A stretch of DNA of 64,000 nucleotides from an uncultured Clostridia bacterium (GCA_947589015.1 CANPZF010000005.1:4341-68340), one strand, 5' to 3'; positions 49,370 to 59,700 are shown, counted from the stretch's first letter. Notes: a model not told the origin generated them from the sequence alone. Program-made: numbers and translations.

Positions 49370-50635
49370 TTATTGATTTAAAGTATTATTATTTTGATTT
49401 TCATTATTATTTTCACTTTGTTGATCTTCTTTAGTCTCATTATTATTTGAAGCTGGTATTACTCCATTTGTAATATATTCAATTGGATCTGTAACGACAC
49501 CATTTATTCTTACTTCAAAATGAGCATGTGGACCTGTTGAATATCCTGTGCTTCCAACTTTTAATATTGCTTCATTTCTTTTTACAGTTTGTCCTACTTG
49601 TACTAAAATTTCTGAACCATGTGCATATAACGTTGAAATTCCACCTCCATGGTCTATAATAACCATGTTTCCATAAGCTGAGTTATATCCTGCCTTTGTA
49701 ACAATTCCGTCATTTGCTGCTACAAAATTTGCTCCCATTGGGGCACTTATGTCTACTCCTGTATGTAATTTATTTACATGTAATATTGGATGATATCTCA
49801 TTCCATATTTAGATGATATTCTGGTATATCCAGGAACTGGCCATGCCAATTCTCCACCTATATACCTTGTATCTAATCCTTGTAATGCTAAAGCTAATAT
49901 TTCTGAATTTATTTCTTCATATTTTGCATTGTATTCATCTATTTTTTGTTGAGCTTCTTTTTCTTTGTCTGTTAGTTTAGATATGTAAGTTTCTCTAAGT
50001 GTTTTTGTATCTTGCATAACTTTTGCCATTTTTGTTTGCGTTTGAACTGCTATTGTCAAATCTTTTTTATTTTTTTCTAATTTTTGTTTTGCTAAGTCTA
50101 TTACATCTCTCTTTTCTTTCATATCTTCTAATAATTCTGTATCATAACTTGCAATTTCTGTAATTAGAAAGTAATTAGATAAAAAGTCTGATATGCTTTT
50201 TGATTGTAAAACTACATCTAAATATTGCGTATCTCCTGATTCGTAAATTGCTATTAGCCTATCTTCTAGTGATTCTTCTTGTCTATTATATTTTTTCTCG
50301 GCCTCTTCTAATTTGATTTCTACTTCTTTTATGGATTCTTTTAATTCCGTGGCTTTTGCAGTTAATTCTTCTATTTGTTTTTGTGCATTACTAATCTTTT
50401 CGTCTAATTTTTGTACTTGTTGTAAATTTTCACTTAGCTCTTCTTGAACAATATCAAGTTCTTGATTTGTATTATCTATTTGATTTTTTATTTGCTTTTG
50501 TTGCTCATATAAATCATCTGTTGTATTAGGCTGTGATATTGTATTTTGTGTATTATTTTCATTTTCTGCAAAAGAAATTGTAAAATAACTAAATATAATT
50601 ATCAAAGCTAAAACACTACATAAAATTTTACGCAT
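49370..50635 (-). CDS. Coiled-coil M23 family peptidoglycan endopeptidase, paralog 2.
   Basis: Same architecture as paralog 1; motifs HTGVDI and PHAHFEVR. Confidence 0.8.
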   Translation of the reverse strand: MRKILCSVLALIIIFSYFTISFAENENNTQNTISQPNTTDDLYEQQKQIKNQIDNTNQELDIVQEELSENLQQVQKLDEKISNAQKQIEELTAKATELKESIKEVEIKLEEAEKKYNRQEESLEDRLIAIYESGDTQYLDVVLQSKSISDFLSNYFLITEIASYDTELLEDMKEKRDVIDLAKQKLEKNKKDLTIAVQTQTKMAKVMQDTKTLRETYISKLTDKEKEAQQKIDEYNAKYEEINSEILALALQGLDTRYIGGELAWPVPGYTRISSKYGMRYHPILHVNKLHTGVDISAPMGANFVAANDGIVTKAGYNSAYGNMVIIDHGGGISTLYAHGSEILVQVGQTVKRNEAILKVGSTGYSTGPHAHFEVRINGVVTDPIEYITNGVIPASNNNETKEDQQSENNNENQNNNTLNQ

Positions 50636-50637
50636 CT

Positions 50638-51570
50638 CTAACTCCTTATACTTTTAAATATTTTCTCATAGATATAACACTTCCGTATTGCACCTATGCC
50701 TATTCCTAATAGCATGTACACAAATATTATTGAATTTAACATTTCTGAAAATCCTACTAAACTCATATTAATAAGTTTCATAAACTCAGAATTTACTACT
50801 CCTTGTGCTATATAATTATATGCTATGCCTACTAATACTATAGAAATAATACTAGCTACTATGCCTATTATCATACCTTCTACTATAAATGGCCATCTTA
50901 TAAAATTATTGGTAGCTCCTACATATTTCATTATTGATATCTCTTTTCTTCTTGCATGTACTGTTAATTTTATTGTATTGGCTATAATAAAAACAGAAAT
51001 AAGTACTAGTAATATTAAAATAGCTCCTGTAACTAGTTTTATTCCATTTGCTAAATTTATCAATGTTGTAACTGTTTCATCTTTACTTGTTATTTTCTTT
51101 ACGTTTTCTATTTTTAGTATTTCTTCTTGTACCGAACTGCTTAAATTTAAATCTGTTAATGTTACTACATATGAAGCTGGAAAAATATTATTTTCTTCAA
51201 ATCCTGCTAATAAGTCTTGTTGATCTTCAAATTTTTCTTTCATTTGGTCTAAGGCTGCTTGCTTTGATTTATATTCTGCATTGTTTACTCCTTGAACGGC
51301 TCTTATTTTATTTCCAACCTCCTGTATTTGTTGTTCTGTAGCATCATTATCTATAAAAACCTGTATTCCTTGAGCTTCTTCTACATCTTGCACAAAATGA
51401 TTTATGTTTTCTCCTAAAATTAAAAATATACCAAATATAATCATTGTTGCACACATAATCATTAAAGATGCACCTGTAGATTTTTTGTTCTTGAATACAT
51501 TGCTAAATCCTTCTCCTATTAAATAGCCTAATATATTATATTTCACAATCATACCCACCTTTTTTATCAT
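50638..51570 (-). CDS. ftsX: Cell division protein FtsX (permease-like).
   Basis: Four TM segments with a large first extracellular loop. It lies directly downstream of ftsE. Confidence 0.8.
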   Translation of the reverse strand: MIKKVGMIVKYNILGYLIGEGFSNVFKNKKSTGASLMIMCATMIIFGIFLILGENINHFVQDVEEAQGIQVFIDNDATEQQIQEVGNKIRAVQGVNNAEYKSKQAALDQMKEKFEDQQDLLAGFEENNIFPASYVVTLTDLNLSSSVQEEILKIENVKKITSKDETVTTLINLANGIKLVTGAILILLVLISVFIIANTIKLTVHARRKEISIMKYVGATNNFIRWPFIVEGMIIGIVASIISIVLVGIAYNYIAQGVVNSEFMKLINMSLVGFSEMLNSIIFVYMLLGIGIGAIRKCYIYEKIFKSIRS

Positions 51571-52222
51571 CTCTTACTATAGTGCCTTTATTTATATGTA
51601 TAACTCTTTTTTCCATTTTATCTACTATGTCTTTGGCATGTGTCGCTACAACTACTGTTGTTCCTCTCATATTAATATCATTTAATAAGTTCATTATATC
51701 CCATGCTGTATCTGGGTCTAAATTTCCTGTTGGTTCGTCTGCAATTAGCATAGATGGATTATTAACTAATGCCCTTGCTAATGCTACTCTTTGTTGTTCT
51801 CCTCCTGATAATTCATTGGGATACATTTTTGCTTTTCCACTTAAGCCTACTAATGAAAGTATCATTGGAACTTGTCTTCTTATATGTCTAGGAGTTGCTC
51901 TTACTATATACATTGCATACGCTACATTATCATATACAGTTTTATCTTGTAATAGCCTAAAATCCTGAAAAACTACTCCCATACTTCTCCTCAAAAAAGG
52001 AACTCTACTTGGTTTTAAAAAAGTAGTATCTTTTCCATTTATTATTATGTTTCCTGATGTGGGTTCTTCTTCTTTTAATATTAGTTTTATTAATGTTGAT
52101 TTCCCACTACCTGAAGAACCTACTAAAAATGCAAACTCTCCTTTGTCTATTACAAAGTTCGCATTTTTTACAGCTTTTGTCCCTGTATCATATGTTTTAG
52201 TTACATTTCTAAATTCTATCAT
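51536..52222 (-). CDS. ftsE: Cell division ATP-binding protein FtsE.
   Basis: Walker A GSSGSGKST, ABC signature LSGGEQQR, Walker B LIADEPTGNLD. Confidence 0.9.
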   Translation of the reverse strand: MIEFRNVTKTYDTGTKAVKNANFVIDKGEFAFLVGSSGSGKSTLIKLILKEEEPTSGNIIINGKDTTFLKPSRVPFLRRSMGVVFQDFRLLQDKTVYDNVAYAMYIVRATPRHIRRQVPMILSLVGLSGKAKMYPNELSGGEQQRVALARALVNNPSMLIADEPTGNLDPDTAWDIMNLLNDINMRGTTVVVATHAKDIVDKMEKRVIHINKGTIVRDDKKGGYDCEI

Positions 52223-52405
52223 TCTTTGGCTCTCCCTTACCTTTTGTTTTAAGTAGTATTTTCATTCCCTTCTATAATAACAATAAAGTCGATTTTTTGC
52301 AATAGTCTTTTGGCCGTTTTTAACAATATATTGTTGATTTTTTTGAGTTCTTTGTAGTTTATCTTGTATTTTCTCTTTTTTTAAAAATTCACAAAGAATT
52401 TACAA

Positions 52406-53446
52406 TTACCATTGTTGTTGTAGTTTATTTTTTATATCTCTTCTATAATTTCTTTTTGCTTCATCTCTAGTTCTATAAAAATCATTTGACGTCAATTCAA
52501 ATTCATTTATGGCTTCTTCATATATTCGCATGTATTTGAAAAATACATCATTATCATATAATGTTTCTTTAAATTTTTTATAATCTGCATCTATATATTT
52601 TTCATTACTTGGCTTGTGAAATTTTTTCAATGTTTTTAGTACCACTATTTTTAGTTCATTTTCTCCTTTTCGATTTATTAATTCTGAAAATGCTAATAAA
52701 TTTGTTAGATTTTTTATAGTTATATATTTTCCAGTATTATCATAATCACGCATTGGTGTTACTATAGATTTTCCATCCAAATATATATCTACTACTCCCA
52801 TTTTTGAATTAACAAAATAATTTTCTTCTTTTTCATCACTTAAATAAATTTTTTCTTCATTAACTATTCCATTATTGCCATTTTTTATATTTTTAATAAA
52901 ATCATATACTGGTTTTCTATAATCTTCTATAAATCCTCTTTGTATTGTTTCTCCACGATTTTTAGATATTATTGATGCTATTTGATTTATAGTTGGAGTA
53001 TTTTCTTCTATACTTGATATTTCAATAACTGGCTTTTTCTTTTTGAATATTTGAGCTATTTTTTCTTTTATTATAGCTATAATTCCTCTTATTTCTTTCT
53101 TCCTTTGTGGTACATAAATTTGCATAGCTGTATCATGACTTAAATTTCCTTCTGACGGATATTGTAAATGTTGTTGTACTTTCATTGATTTTTGTTTGTA
53201 CTCATCTGTATCTAAAAATTCAATCAATTCATTTTGAAGTTTCATAAAACCATCTATCATCTCAAATGCATCCATTTTTTGCTCTTTTAAATCTTCTATC
53301 AAAATTTTTAATTTTTCTTTCATTTCTTCTGTCTTTTTTTCATCTACATCATTTATCTTCTGTAATTTATCAATAATAATTTCAACAGTTTCTCCAATTC
53401 TTTCATTTATAATATTCACAGTATTTTTTGTATTTACTTGTTCCAT
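52406..53446 (-). CDS. Hypothetical soluble protein (346 aa).
   Basis: Long ORF with coding-like composition, acidic N-terminal helical region. No recognisable motif. Confidence 0.45.
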   Translation of the reverse strand: MEQVNTKNTVNIINERIGETVEIIIDKLQKINDVDEKKTEEMKEKLKILIEDLKEQKMDAFEMIDGFMKLQNELIEFLDTDEYKQKSMKVQQHLQYPSEGNLSHDTAMQIYVPQRKKEIRGIIAIIKEKIAQIFKKKKPVIEISSIEENTPTINQIASIISKNRGETIQRGFIEDYRKPVYDFIKNIKNGNNGIVNEEKIYLSDEKEENYFVNSKMGVVDIYLDGKSIVTPMRDYDNTGKYITIKNLTNLLAFSELINRKGENELKIVVLKTLKKFHKPSNEKYIDADYKKFKETLYDNDVFFKYMRIYEEAINEFELTSNDFYRTRDEAKRNYRRDIKNKLQQQW

Positions 53447-53462
53447 TATATTTTTATCCCCT

Positions 53463-54395
53463 TTAATTTTTTATATTTTTAATTATATCTTCTGATGTAA
53501 TTCCAAAGTATTTCATTAAATCTTGTGCTTTTCCAGATTTTCCAAATGTATCTTTTATTCCTATTCTAACTAACTTTGTTCCACATTTATCTGTCAGTAC
53601 TTCTGAAATTGCAGAACCTAATCCTCCTATAATACTATGGTCTTCAATGCTAATTAATTTTTTAGTTTCTTTAGCACTTTTTATTATTATTTCTTCATCA
53701 ATTGGCTTTATTGTGTGAATATCTACAACTCTAATATTTATTCCTTGTTTTTCTAATAACTCCTTAGCTTTTAACGCTTCTGCCACAGTTACTCCTGTTG
53801 CAAATACTGTTGCATCTGTTCCTTCTCCTATTTGAATAGCTTTTCCTATTTCAAATTTTTGATTTTCCTCATAAATAATTGGTGTATCTAACCTACATAA
53901 CCTTAAATATACTGGTCCATTAATTTTACTTGCTTCTTTTACTGCCCACTTTGTTTGAATATCATCTGATGGACATATAACTGTCATATTAGGTAAAGTT
54001 CTCATTAATGATATATCTTCTAGCATTTGATGTGTTGCTCCATCTTCACCAACTGTAATTCCACTATGTGTTGCTCCAATTTTCACATTCAAATTTGGAT
54101 AGCATATGCTATTTCTTATTTGATCATAACTTCTGCCAGCTGCAAACATTGCAAATGTACTTATAAATGGTATTTTACCACATGTTGCCATTCCTGCTGC
54201 TGTACTTGCCATATTTGCTTCTGCTATTCCCATATCAAAAAATCTTTCTGGATATTTTTTAGCAAATATATTAGTTTTTGTTGCTGACGATAAATCAGCA
54301 TCTAATACTACAACATTCTCATTTTCTTCACCTAATTTTTCTAAAACTTCTCCATAGCTTTGTCTAGTTGCTTTTTTTTCTTCTTTCATAAACAT
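53463..54395 (-). CDS. Transketolase, C-terminal (pyrimidine-binding and C-terminal domain) subunit.
   Basis: GIAEANMASTAAGMA ... typical split-transketolase TktB. The N-terminal partner subunit is not adjacent. Confidence 0.8.
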   Translation of the reverse strand: MFMKEEKKATRQSYGEVLEKLGEENENVVVLDADLSSATKTNIFAKKYPERFFDMGIAEANMASTAAGMATCGKIPFISTFAMFAAGRSYDQIRNSICYPNLNVKIGATHSGITVGEDGATHQMLEDISLMRTLPNMTVICPSDDIQTKWAVKEASKINGPVYLRLCRLDTPIIYEENQKFEIGKAIQIGEGTDATVFATGVTVAEALKAKELLEKQGINIRVVDIHTIKPIDEEIIIKSAKETKKLISIEDHSIIGGLGSAISEVLTDKCGTKLVRIGIKDTFGKSGKAQDLMKYFGITSEDIIKNIKN

Positions 54396-54429
54396 TCCTC
54401 TCTTTTTTTATTTCTATATGTTGATATAT

Positions 54430-55332
54430 TTAGTTTACACTTCCTATTATTCCTGCGTCATTATTTAAAATAGCTGTTTCTATAACAATTTCTTTCCTAT
54501 TGTTAAATAACAAATTTCCTTTTAATATTTTTTGTTTTAATTTTTCCAATAAAACATCTTCAAAAAATACAAAACTTCCCCCTATTCCTATTGCTTCTGG
54601 TTCAAAAATATTAATAAGGTTAGAAATTCCTATGCTTAGATAATCTATATATTCATCTATAACTTTATTTATTTTTTCATAATTCTTATCTTCTTTTTTA
54701 TTTTTTCTTATAAGGTCTAATAATTCTTGTCCTCTTGTTGTTTCATTTAATCCTAATTGTTTTCTCAAATTATCTTTTAGAACTTTCATAGAAGCATATC
54801 TTTCAAAACATCCATTTTTCCCACATTTACAAGGTTCTCCATCTTTTTGAATAATCATATGTCCAAATTCACATCCTGGCAAATCTCCAGTATTTAATAG
54901 TTTTCCATCAATAATAACTGCTCCTCCTATGCCTGTTCCTAATGTTAAAAATAAACTTCTGCTATAAGACTTTAAAACTCCATATTTACTCTCTGCAATT
55001 GCTGCACATTTTGCATCATTTCTTATTTTTATTGGTAATTTTAATCTTTCTTCTAAATTATCAACTATATTATAGTTTTCTAAACCTAAATTAACTGATT
55101 TTTTAACAATTCTATCTGTAACTGTTCCTGGAATTGCTATTCCTATACTAGTAATTTCATATTTTTGTCTAAAATTATTAGTGTTTTGCACAATATAATT
55201 TTCGATTACATTTATAATATCTTTCTTTTCTTTGTCTAAAATCCTCTTTTCAACTTTTTCTAAAATAACTCCTTTATTATCTACTACTCCAATGGCAATG
55301 TGACTACCACCTAAATCAATTCCAATCTTCAT
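54430..55332 (-). CDS. glcK: ROK family glucokinase.
   Basis: MKIGIDLGGSHIAIGVV, and CxCGxxGCxE zinc motif CKCGKNGCFE. The start is placed at MKIGID, behind RBS AAGGA. The 32-codon extension in the ORF track is rejected. Confidence 0.8.
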   Translation of the reverse strand: MKIGIDLGGSHIAIGVVDNKGVILEKVEKRILDKEKKDIINVIENYIVQNTNNFRQKYEITSIGIAIPGTVTDRIVKKSVNLGLENYNIVDNLEERLKLPIKIRNDAKCAAIAESKYGVLKSYSRSLFLTLGTGIGGAVIIDGKLLNTGDLPGCEFGHMIIQKDGEPCKCGKNGCFERYASMKVLKDNLRKQLGLNETTRGQELLDLIRKNKKEDKNYEKINKVIDEYIDYLSIGISNLINIFEPEAIGIGGSFVFFEDVLLEKLKQKILKGNLLFNNRKEIVIETAILNNDAGIIGSVN

Positions 55333-55358
55333 ATTTCTCATCCTTTTTTCATAAACTA

Positions 55359-55496
55359 CCAAGGTTGCCGATGGTCGCCAAAGGTTGCCAAAGGGGACGT
55401 TCTTAAATGGCAACTTATAAGTTGCCATTTAAGAACGTCCCCTTTGGCAACCTTTGGCGACCCCTTGGGCAACTCCTTTGGCGACCTTAATTCAAT
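55359..55496. repeat. GC-rich composite palindrome: a 74-bp perfect palindrome (55381-55454) flanked by imperfect tandem copies of an 11-12-bp unit CCTTTGGC(A/G)ACC.
   Basis: 55381-55417 is the exact reverse complement of 55418-55454. The flanks are ccaaggttgccgatggtcgcc on the left and tggcgaccccttgggcaactcctttggcgacc on the right. GC is near 50% in a roughly 27% GC background. Confidence 0.9.
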
Positions 55497-55498
55497 CC

Positions 55499-56836
55499 TT
55501 AAACTCCATATGCTGAGAACAAGAATTGACCCATATAAACTTGAACACATGGTACCAACACAACCAATACGAAGAATATTAAAACAACACCCACTATTGC
55601 ATAAACAACTTGTGGTAAAGCTTTCATTATTTTTGTCATAATATTATCTATATCAATTTCCATATATTCTACTAATTTTTCAATCATTTCTGTCAAGTCT
55701 GTTTGCATACCTATTTTCAACATCTCTGTAGTCATTGGCGAACCAAGTTGAGCTTTTTCAAATGGCTCAATCCAAGAAGAACCTATTAAAATATTATTTA
55801 TTGAAGTTTCTATCATTGATAACATAACATAATTTTGAACTACATTTCTACTTACTTCTAAAGAGTCTTGAATTCTCATTCCATTTTTTAAGTTCAACAA
55901 TAATGCTTTCATTAATCTTGAAAAGTCTAAAGCATAAATTAATTCTCCAAATATAGGCATTGTATATTTAAAGTAATGATAATTATATTTTCCTTTTGGT
56001 GTGTGAACATAAAATACAATCACCCCTGCTATTGCCGCTATCACAATAACTGGTATATACCAACACTGGGCAAGTCGATCAACTACTCCTGCAAACCACA
56101 TTGTAATTGCTGGCAATTTTTCTTTTGTTCCTAATTCATCAAAAATTCCTTGAATTGCTGGAATTGCAACTAAAGTTCCTACGAATAACATTACTAAAAG
56201 TAATACAAACTGTACAAGATTAGGTATTAATATTGATTTTAATTTTCTATTTAAACTATCTGTATCATCTAAATATTTTACTGCCTGTTGTAAAGAATTT
56301 GTCAATGAACCTGAAAGTTCACCTACTTTTATCATATTTACATATATATATGGGAATACATTTGAATAATATTCCATTGTAGTATACATATACTCTCCTG
56401 CTTCTACTCCTGCTAATATATCTTCTAGAATTCCTCTAAATGACATATTTTCTGTACTTTGTATTATAGTATTTAAAGCATGTATATTATTAAAATTAGC
56501 CTTTTTTAATAAATAAAAGTTTTGTGTAAATACTACTATATCCCTTGGTGTTATTTTTTCAAAATATAAATTAATTTTTTCAATCGGTGTAAGACTTTTT
56601 ATTTTTTGTTGTCCTATTCTTGTTGTATTTACATTTTTCATTACATCATTAATATCAACAATATTCTTCTTTTTTGTCTTTTTATTATTAGATGAATATC
56701 TTAGTTGTATTATGTCTATTGGGATTAAGTCACTTCCCTTTAACGATTTAACTAAGTTTAATTTATTAGCTGCTTCTACTTTATTTCGAACTAATAGTCC
56801 ATTTTTCGTTACAGCTCTATACATATATGTAGGCAT
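55499..56836 (-). CDS. pilC: Type IV pilus platform protein PilC (GspF family).
   Basis: 445 aa, three TM segments and two cytoplasmic GspF domains. Confidence 0.8.
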   Translation of the reverse strand: MPTYMYRAVTKNGLLVRNKVEAANKLNLVKSLKGSDLIPIDIIQLRYSSNNKKTKKKNIVDINDVMKNVNTTRIGQQKIKSLTPIEKINLYFEKITPRDIVVFTQNFYLLKKANFNNIHALNTIIQSTENMSFRGILEDILAGVEAGEYMYTTMEYYSNVFPYIYVNMIKVGELSGSLTNSLQQAVKYLDDTDSLNRKLKSILIPNLVQFVLLLVMLFVGTLVAIPAIQGIFDELGTKEKLPAITMWFAGVVDRLAQCWYIPVIVIAAIAGVIVFYVHTPKGKYNYHYFKYTMPIFGELIYALDFSRLMKALLLNLKNGMRIQDSLEVSRNVVQNYVMLSMIETSINNILIGSSWIEPFEKAQLGSPMTTEMLKIGMQTDLTEMIEKLVEYMEIDIDNIMTKIMKALPQVVYAIVGVVLIFFVLVVLVPCVQVYMGQFLFSAYGV

Positions 56837-56846
56837 TTCTTACCTC

Positions 56847-57953
56847 CTATCTTTTACTACTATCTCTTTTTATTTTTAATTGCATAATTGTTCTGTTTAA
56901 AGTTTCTATGTTTTTCTCTTCTATTTGGGCTTTTGCTTGCTCTAATGTGATTTTGCCCTTTACAAAAAGTTCTGCAATAGAATTTATTAATCCTATACTT
57001 CCTTTTTCTGAATTACTTTGTATTGCATCTTCTATTTCAGATACACTTAATTTTTCTTTTCTAATAATTCCTGATACAATATTATCTACTACCATTACTT
57101 CTGGAATTAATACTAATTTTCCGTCTGTTCCTTTTAATAACCTTTGTGATACTACTAGTTTCAATAAAGATGATAATAAATATTTTATACTCGCTTGATC
57201 TCTTACTTCATAAAAATTTATCATTCTGTCTATAGCTTCTGCACAAGATTTTGTATGTAATGTTCCTATTACTAAGTGTCCTGATTCTGCCATTTCTATT
57301 GCTGCTTCCATTGTGACTTTATCACGAATCTCTCCTATTACTAGAATATCACAGTCTTCTCTTAAAGAGTTTTTAACACCGTCACTAAATGTTAATACAT
57401 CTCTTCCTTTTCCTATTTCCTTTTGTACAATTAATGATTTTTTAGAGTGATGTTTATATTCTACCGGATTTTCTAATGTTAATATTTTTTTATTTTGATT
57501 TTCATTAATATGATTCACCAATGCATTTAATGTAGTACTTTTACCAGAGTTTGTTTTTCCAGTAACTAGAATTAGTCCTTGTGGTTGATATGTCATTCTC
57601 CTTACTATGTCTGGTACTCCCAAAGATTCATATGTTGGCAATTCATTTTTTATTAACCTTAATGTGCATAAAGGAATATCATCTGACAATGATATATTTA
57701 CCCTCAAACGTATATCCCTATATACATATGATATGTCTAATTTTCTAGTTTGCCTAAATACTTCATCTTTATCTAAGTTTCCTCTAACCAAAAAGTCATA
57801 TATTTCACTCATGTCTTCTGCTGTTAATTCTTCCATTTCTTCTATTGGTACTAAATCTCTAGCAATTCTTAGTATCGGTTTATTTTGACATATTAAATGA
57901 ACATCTGACGCATCTTTTTCCATTGCCATATCTAATACTTTTTCTATATTCAT
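56847..57953 (-). CDS. pilT: Type IV pilus retraction ATPase PilT.
   Basis: Walker A GKTNSGKSTT, Asp box, His box GTLHT. Length is 368 aa (PilT size). Confidence 0.8.
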   Translation of the reverse strand: MNIEKVLDMAMEKDASDVHLICQNKPILRIARDLVPIEEMEELTAEDMSEIYDFLVRGNLDKDEVFRQTRKLDISYVYRDIRLRVNISLSDDIPLCTLRLIKNELPTYESLGVPDIVRRMTYQPQGLILVTGKTNSGKSTTLNALVNHINENQNKKILTLENPVEYKHHSKKSLIVQKEIGKGRDVLTFSDGVKNSLREDCDILVIGEIRDKVTMEAAIEMAESGHLVIGTLHTKSCAEAIDRMINFYEVRDQASIKYLLSSLLKLVVSQRLLKGTDGKLVLIPEVMVVDNIVSGIIRKEKLSVSEIEDAIQSNSEKGSIGLINSIAELFVKGKITLEQAKAQIEEKNIETLNRTIMQLKIKRDSSKR

Positions 57954-57978
57954 ATTTAATTTTCCCCCTTTGTTTTAA

Positions 57979-59634
57979 TTAAAAGAATAACAACTTCTTA
58001 TTTAATTCTTCTAATGTTGTATATCCTTGTAGAACTTTTTTAATACCATCCACAATTAATGGCCTATAAGTTCCTTCAAGAGCTTTTCTTCTAATTTCAA
58101 TACTAGATGCCCCTTTTACTATTAATTCTTTTAATTCTTCTGTAATATCTAATACTTCAAAAACACCAATTCTATCATAATATCCAGTATTATTACAATT
58201 TTTACATCCTACTGCATCATAGGTTTTAAATTCATCTATATTAACATTTTCACCATATTTTCCTAATATATTTTCTATAATATGTTTTTCTTCTTGTGTG
58301 AATTTTCTTTCTTTTCTACAATTAGGACAGATTCTTCTTACTAGTCTTTGAGAAATTGTCGTTGCTAATGTACTTGCTATATCATAGTCTGAAACTCCAA
58401 TTTTTCTCAATCTATTAATTACTTCTATACTATCTATAGTATGTATTGTAGACAAAACATAATGTCCTGTTTGTCCAGCTTGTATTGCTATTTCTGCTGT
58501 TTCTGTATCACGTATTTCTCCAACTAAGATTATATCTGGATCTTGTCTTAAAACTGTTCTTAATGCACTAGAAAATGTTGATTTATTATCTATTTCAATT
58601 TGATTTAATCCTGGTATTCGTATTTCAACTGGGTCTTCAATAGTAGTAATATTAATTTCTTGTCTATTTAAATAATCTATTATACTATATAGTGATGTTG
58701 TTTTACCTTCTCCTGTTGGTGCCGCAACTATAGTAATACTATTTTTCTTTTTAACACTTCTTTTTAAATCTTCTTCTGTTCCACTATATCCTAAATCAAA
58801 TATATTTTTTATATTTGTATTTTTCTTTAATAGCCTCAAAACAAATTTTTCTCCATATACATTAGGTTGTGATGATACACGTATATTATAATCTTCATAT
58901 AATAAGATTCTACCATCTTGAGCTTCTTGTTTTTCTTGGTGCATATTAGAAATTGCTTTTAATCTACCTATAATTTGGCTTTGCTTTTCTTTATCTATAT
59001 TAGCTGCTGTGTATAGTTCACCATCTATTCTATACCTAACTCTTACATTATTTTCCAATGGTTCTATATGTATATCACTTGCTCTTTTTTCTATACCTGT
59101 TTTTATAATACTATCCACCAAATTAGTAATAGTTCCTGTTAGGCTTGTATTGCTTATATTGTCACTTGCTTTTCCTTCTAAAGATGCTAATATTTTATCT
59201 ATATCACTTTCAAAAGTTATATAAGTTTCCATTATTAGACCTTTATTTAATAATAGCAACCTTATGTTTTCCATACTTCTTCTATTTACAGTATTAGCAA
59301 AGCATACTTTTATTTTTCCATTGTTTATTTCAAATGGTACTACTTTATTTTTCTTGGCTACATCAATAGCAATATAATCAGTTACTCTTATTTTTATAGT
59401 ATTTTGGTTTAATATTATACCTTTTTCTCCTAAAATTTCACCTATTGCTGTAATTAGTTTTTCTGGTTCACATAATTTTAGTGCATATAAACAATCACCT
59501 AATTTGACGTTTGGATGTTCTCTTTGATATTCTACAGCTCTTTCTATATCTTCTTGCCTTACAATTTCTCTTCTAACCAATTCAACACCCATTGGTTGTC
59601 TTTTTCTTAAATCCATTTTTATCACTTCTTTCAT
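57979..59634 (-). CDS. pilB: Type IV pilus assembly ATPase PilB (GspE family) with a C-terminal tetracysteine zinc motif.
   Basis: N-terminal GspII_E domain, Walker A APTGEGKTT, His box STIHT, C-terminal CPNC...CKNC. The true start may be the Met 6 codons downstream (59616). Confidence 0.8.
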   Translation of the reverse strand: MKEVIKMDLRKRQPMGVELVRREIVRQEDIERAVEYQREHPNVKLGDCLYALKLCEPEKLITAIGEILGEKGIILNQNTIKIRVTDYIAIDVAKKNKVVPFEINNGKIKVCFANTVNRRSMENIRLLLLNKGLIMETYITFESDIDKILASLEGKASDNISNTSLTGTITNLVDSIIKTGIEKRASDIHIEPLENNVRVRYRIDGELYTAANIDKEKQSQIIGRLKAISNMHQEKQEAQDGRILLYEDYNIRVSSQPNVYGEKFVLRLLKKNTNIKNIFDLGYSGTEEDLKRSVKKKNSITIVAAPTGEGKTTSLYSIIDYLNRQEINITTIEDPVEIRIPGLNQIEIDNKSTFSSALRTVLRQDPDIILVGEIRDTETAEIAIQAGQTGHYVLSTIHTIDSIEVINRLRKIGVSDYDIASTLATTISQRLVRRICPNCRKERKFTQEEKHIIENILGKYGENVNIDEFKTYDAVGCKNCNNTGYYDRIGVFEVLDITEELKELIVKGASSIEIRRKALEGTYRPLIVDGIKKVLQGYTTLEELNKKLLFF

Positions 59635-59700
59635 TTACATATTTAATTATACAATAATTTTTATATTTTTTGTTGATTTTTTTGAAATTTCCTATAATTA

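Noticed and set aside
55333-55428. 32-codon N-terminal extension of the glucokinase ORF.
   Set aside because: The ROK N-terminus begins at MKIGIDLGG with an RBS. The extension runs into the GC-rich palindrome.
55356-55641. Two small ORFs (64 aa minus, 65 aa plus).
   Set aside because: Both are created by the GC-rich palindrome. They mirror each other and have no RBS.
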